Source: Porphyridium purpureum
Taxonomy: Eukaryota
NCBI GenBank assembly: GCA_008690995.1
Contig: VRMN01000001.1
Span: forward strand, 1,550,001-1,614,000
Direction of reading: 5' to 3'
DNA: 64,000 nucleotides
Part shown: positions 61,735-64,000 of the stretch, one piece after another
Numbering within the stretch: the stretch's first letter is position 1
How the letters are laid out: each line of letters opens with the position of its first letter
Program-made: the position numbers and the translations under genes
Notes under the pieces: model-generated
The model's input: only the letters and a program-made list of their open reading frames with translations
Database searches by the model: none
What the model was told of the DNA's origin: nothing

Positions 61735-64000
61735 GCTTTCTGGACTAAAGCACGCTCACCGATCACAATAACGACACGAACAGCAAGCCTCCGATGCTCA
61801 CTTTCTCCAACAGCTGCGCGCACCACGAACGGGCTCGGTCGCCCTCACGAACACAAACCGACACACGAAGCTGTCCTCTCACGCACACACACACGCACAG
61901 CAATCTTCTCACGCACACACAACAAAGCACACAGCAATCCTCCTCTGTTGCGCTGGATGGGGAGCGGCCCGGGCCTTTGCACTGGGGCGGGGATTATAGA
62001 TGCGATCTTATATGGAGGTGTTCGGCGCCTACCTTCGCAAAGGTGGTCGTGCGACACTAGGATGAATCCTAGTGAAGGCTGACCGTTACGGCTCTTGCCT
62101 ACTAATACGTGCTAAGGCAGAGAGCGAGTCCGCCGTCAAGGCCTAGGCCTATCGTACAGCCAAGACTGAGACCCGCTTCCACCCGTCGCACCCTCCGGAT
62201 CGACTTACTCGAACCCCCTTACCCGCAGACTCTCCCACCCAGGCAACCCCGGAGAAGCTCTAAGAGAACCTTAGAGCAACCCCAGGTAACCAGCGATGAT
62301 ACCAAATGTTACCAATGCTGTGCCTTTATTCTCTGCGTCTTCTTTCTTACCTCTTCTCTCTCCGAGCAAGACCTGACCGGCTAGTCCGGGCAGGCGCGTC
62401 GCCTTTTTATACCCTTACTTCCGCCAGGGACAGCAAGGCGCCAAGAGAAATGACAATGCAAATCATTGGCATTTCTGCGCGCGTCTAGAAGGTTCTGGAA
62501 CCTCTAGAAGCTTCTAGAAACGGTTAAACGGTCTACCGGTTTAACGGCTTACCGGTTTCGGATTAACCGAACCGTTCTAGGTGACTGGGGTCGAACGGAT
62601 AACACCTTCACTCGGTGGAAACCGAGGATCCCTTCCATATACCACTTTGAACGGCGCGAATCCAGTGGCACTGCTTGGTGCAGAGTTGTACGCAAACTCA
62701 TACAACGGCAAGTCTCGCACCCAGCCACTATTCGTCGCCATCAACTTGAGCATTTCCCGAATCACGCGGTTCACTCGCTCAGTTTGGCCATCTGTCTGCG
62801 GGTGGTTGGCGGTAGACATAGCCAACTTCATACCCACCCGCTTGCTCAGCTGCTGCCAAAACGTTGACGTAAACAGCGGATCTCGGTCCGATACAATTGA
62901 CTTGGGGTATCCGAAACGGCTCACGACGTGCTTCACGAACAAGTCAGCACAACGTTTTGCTGTCAAGTCCTTGCGCGTCGGGATAAACAGCGCCATCTTC
63001 GAATATCGATCCACCACAGTCATGATTGCATCACAGCTGCCTTCGCTCCGAGGCAGCTCCGTCACGAAGTCCATCGAGATGTCGACCCCAGGTCCTTCTG
63101 GGATCGACAAGGGCTTCAGCTTTCCAAACGACCGATTCTCTGACTTTGTCACTTGGCATGCGTGACAAGTCTTCACAAAACGGCTCACGTCTCGCTTCAT
63201 CTTTGGCCAGTAGAAGCGAGTCATCAAAGACGCATGAGTTGTGTCCGCTCCACGGTGCCCTGCTGTCGGGATATCGTGGTGGAGTTGCATGACACGCTCT
63301 CTGAACTTCCTCGGCACGCAAACGCGATTCCTCAAGTACAAGAGCCCAGCTTCGGTTCGAAAACCCTGGTGGGTCGGTAAATCTCCCATCAAAGTACCAA
63401 AGTCTGGGTCACTCGAGTACGAACCCACGAATGCCTGGAAACCCGTACCAAATTCATCACACCGAACTTGGTACTCTAGCGCGTGCAACTCCGGCTTCCT
63501 CGACAAAGCATCGGCTACCACGTTCGACTTTCCCTTCACATAGTCGATTGTGATATCAAACTCGGCTAAAAAGTCCAGCCACCGTGCTTGCCGGCCATTC
63601 AGCTCCTTCTGCGTCATCAAATGTTTCAACGCCTCATGATCTGTGTGAAGCACAAACTTTGCCCCGTACAGATAAGGTCGAAACTCTCGCAGACAGTGAA
63701 TGACGGCCATGGGCTCACCTTCATAGCTGCTGTACCTGGTCTCTCGGTCCAGCAGCTTCCTCGACGTAAACGCGACCGGTCTGCCTTCCTGTGCCAGCCA
63801 TCCCCCCACCGCGACTTCAGAGCGGTCCGTGTACACCTCAAATGGCTTTTCAGGGTCTGGCAAGGCCAACACCGGCGCTTCCGTCAACATCCCGACAATC
63901 TTCTTGAAGGCCGATTTGCCTTCATCTCCCAGTTCGATCAGCTGCTTCTTCGACTTTGCGTTCTGCAACAGCGAAGTCAGCGGCGCCACGACGGTAGAGT

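Larger units (their letters stand above)
57135..62604 (-). mobile_element. Full-length Gypsy element X (5470 bp), same family as Y, TSD CCTTC
   Basis: 298-bp TG..CA LTRs at 57135-57432 and 62307-62604, identical by eye. TSD at 57130-57134 and 62605-62609; PBS TGGTATCATCGC at 62293-62304; PPT GAGGGGGGGAGA. Confidence 0.96.
56264..64000 (-). mobile_element. Gypsy element Y (3' LTR 56264-56556; pol at 56676-57134 and 62605 onward), split by element X and running off the window
   Basis: LTR, PPT and the pol 3' end. The integrase sequence is continuous across the CCTTC TSD and nearly identical to element X pol. Confidence 0.93.

Overview
Gene-dense, nearly intron-free eukaryotic nuclear DNA. The gene content (plastid-targeted proteins, a GH13-GT5-CBM48 starch synthase, a Hint-domain protein) points to a unicellular red alga, probably Porphyridium-like (inference). 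About 22 host genes are interrupted by two nests of recent LTR retrotransposons. Nest 1 (23710-36105) is a Copia-type element in a (TACTGTACTC)n microsatellite. It has a Gypsy-like Gag/protease, a Myb/SANT-like insert after the integrase, non-TG..CA termini and a half-tRNA-iMet PBS. It carries a chromodomain Gypsy element whose gag and pol are separated only by an in-frame UGA-CUA. Nest 2 (about 54976 to the window end) is a GalEa-like Copia interrupted by a Gypsy element, itself interrupted by a full-length copy of its own family. Those Gypsy LTRs carry two perfect heat-shock elements. Host-side oddities include a CENP-S/TMEM69 stop-start overlap (ATGATGA) and a 59-aa ORF with an LxxIxE motif. 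All family assignments come from motif recognition by eye; no searches were run.
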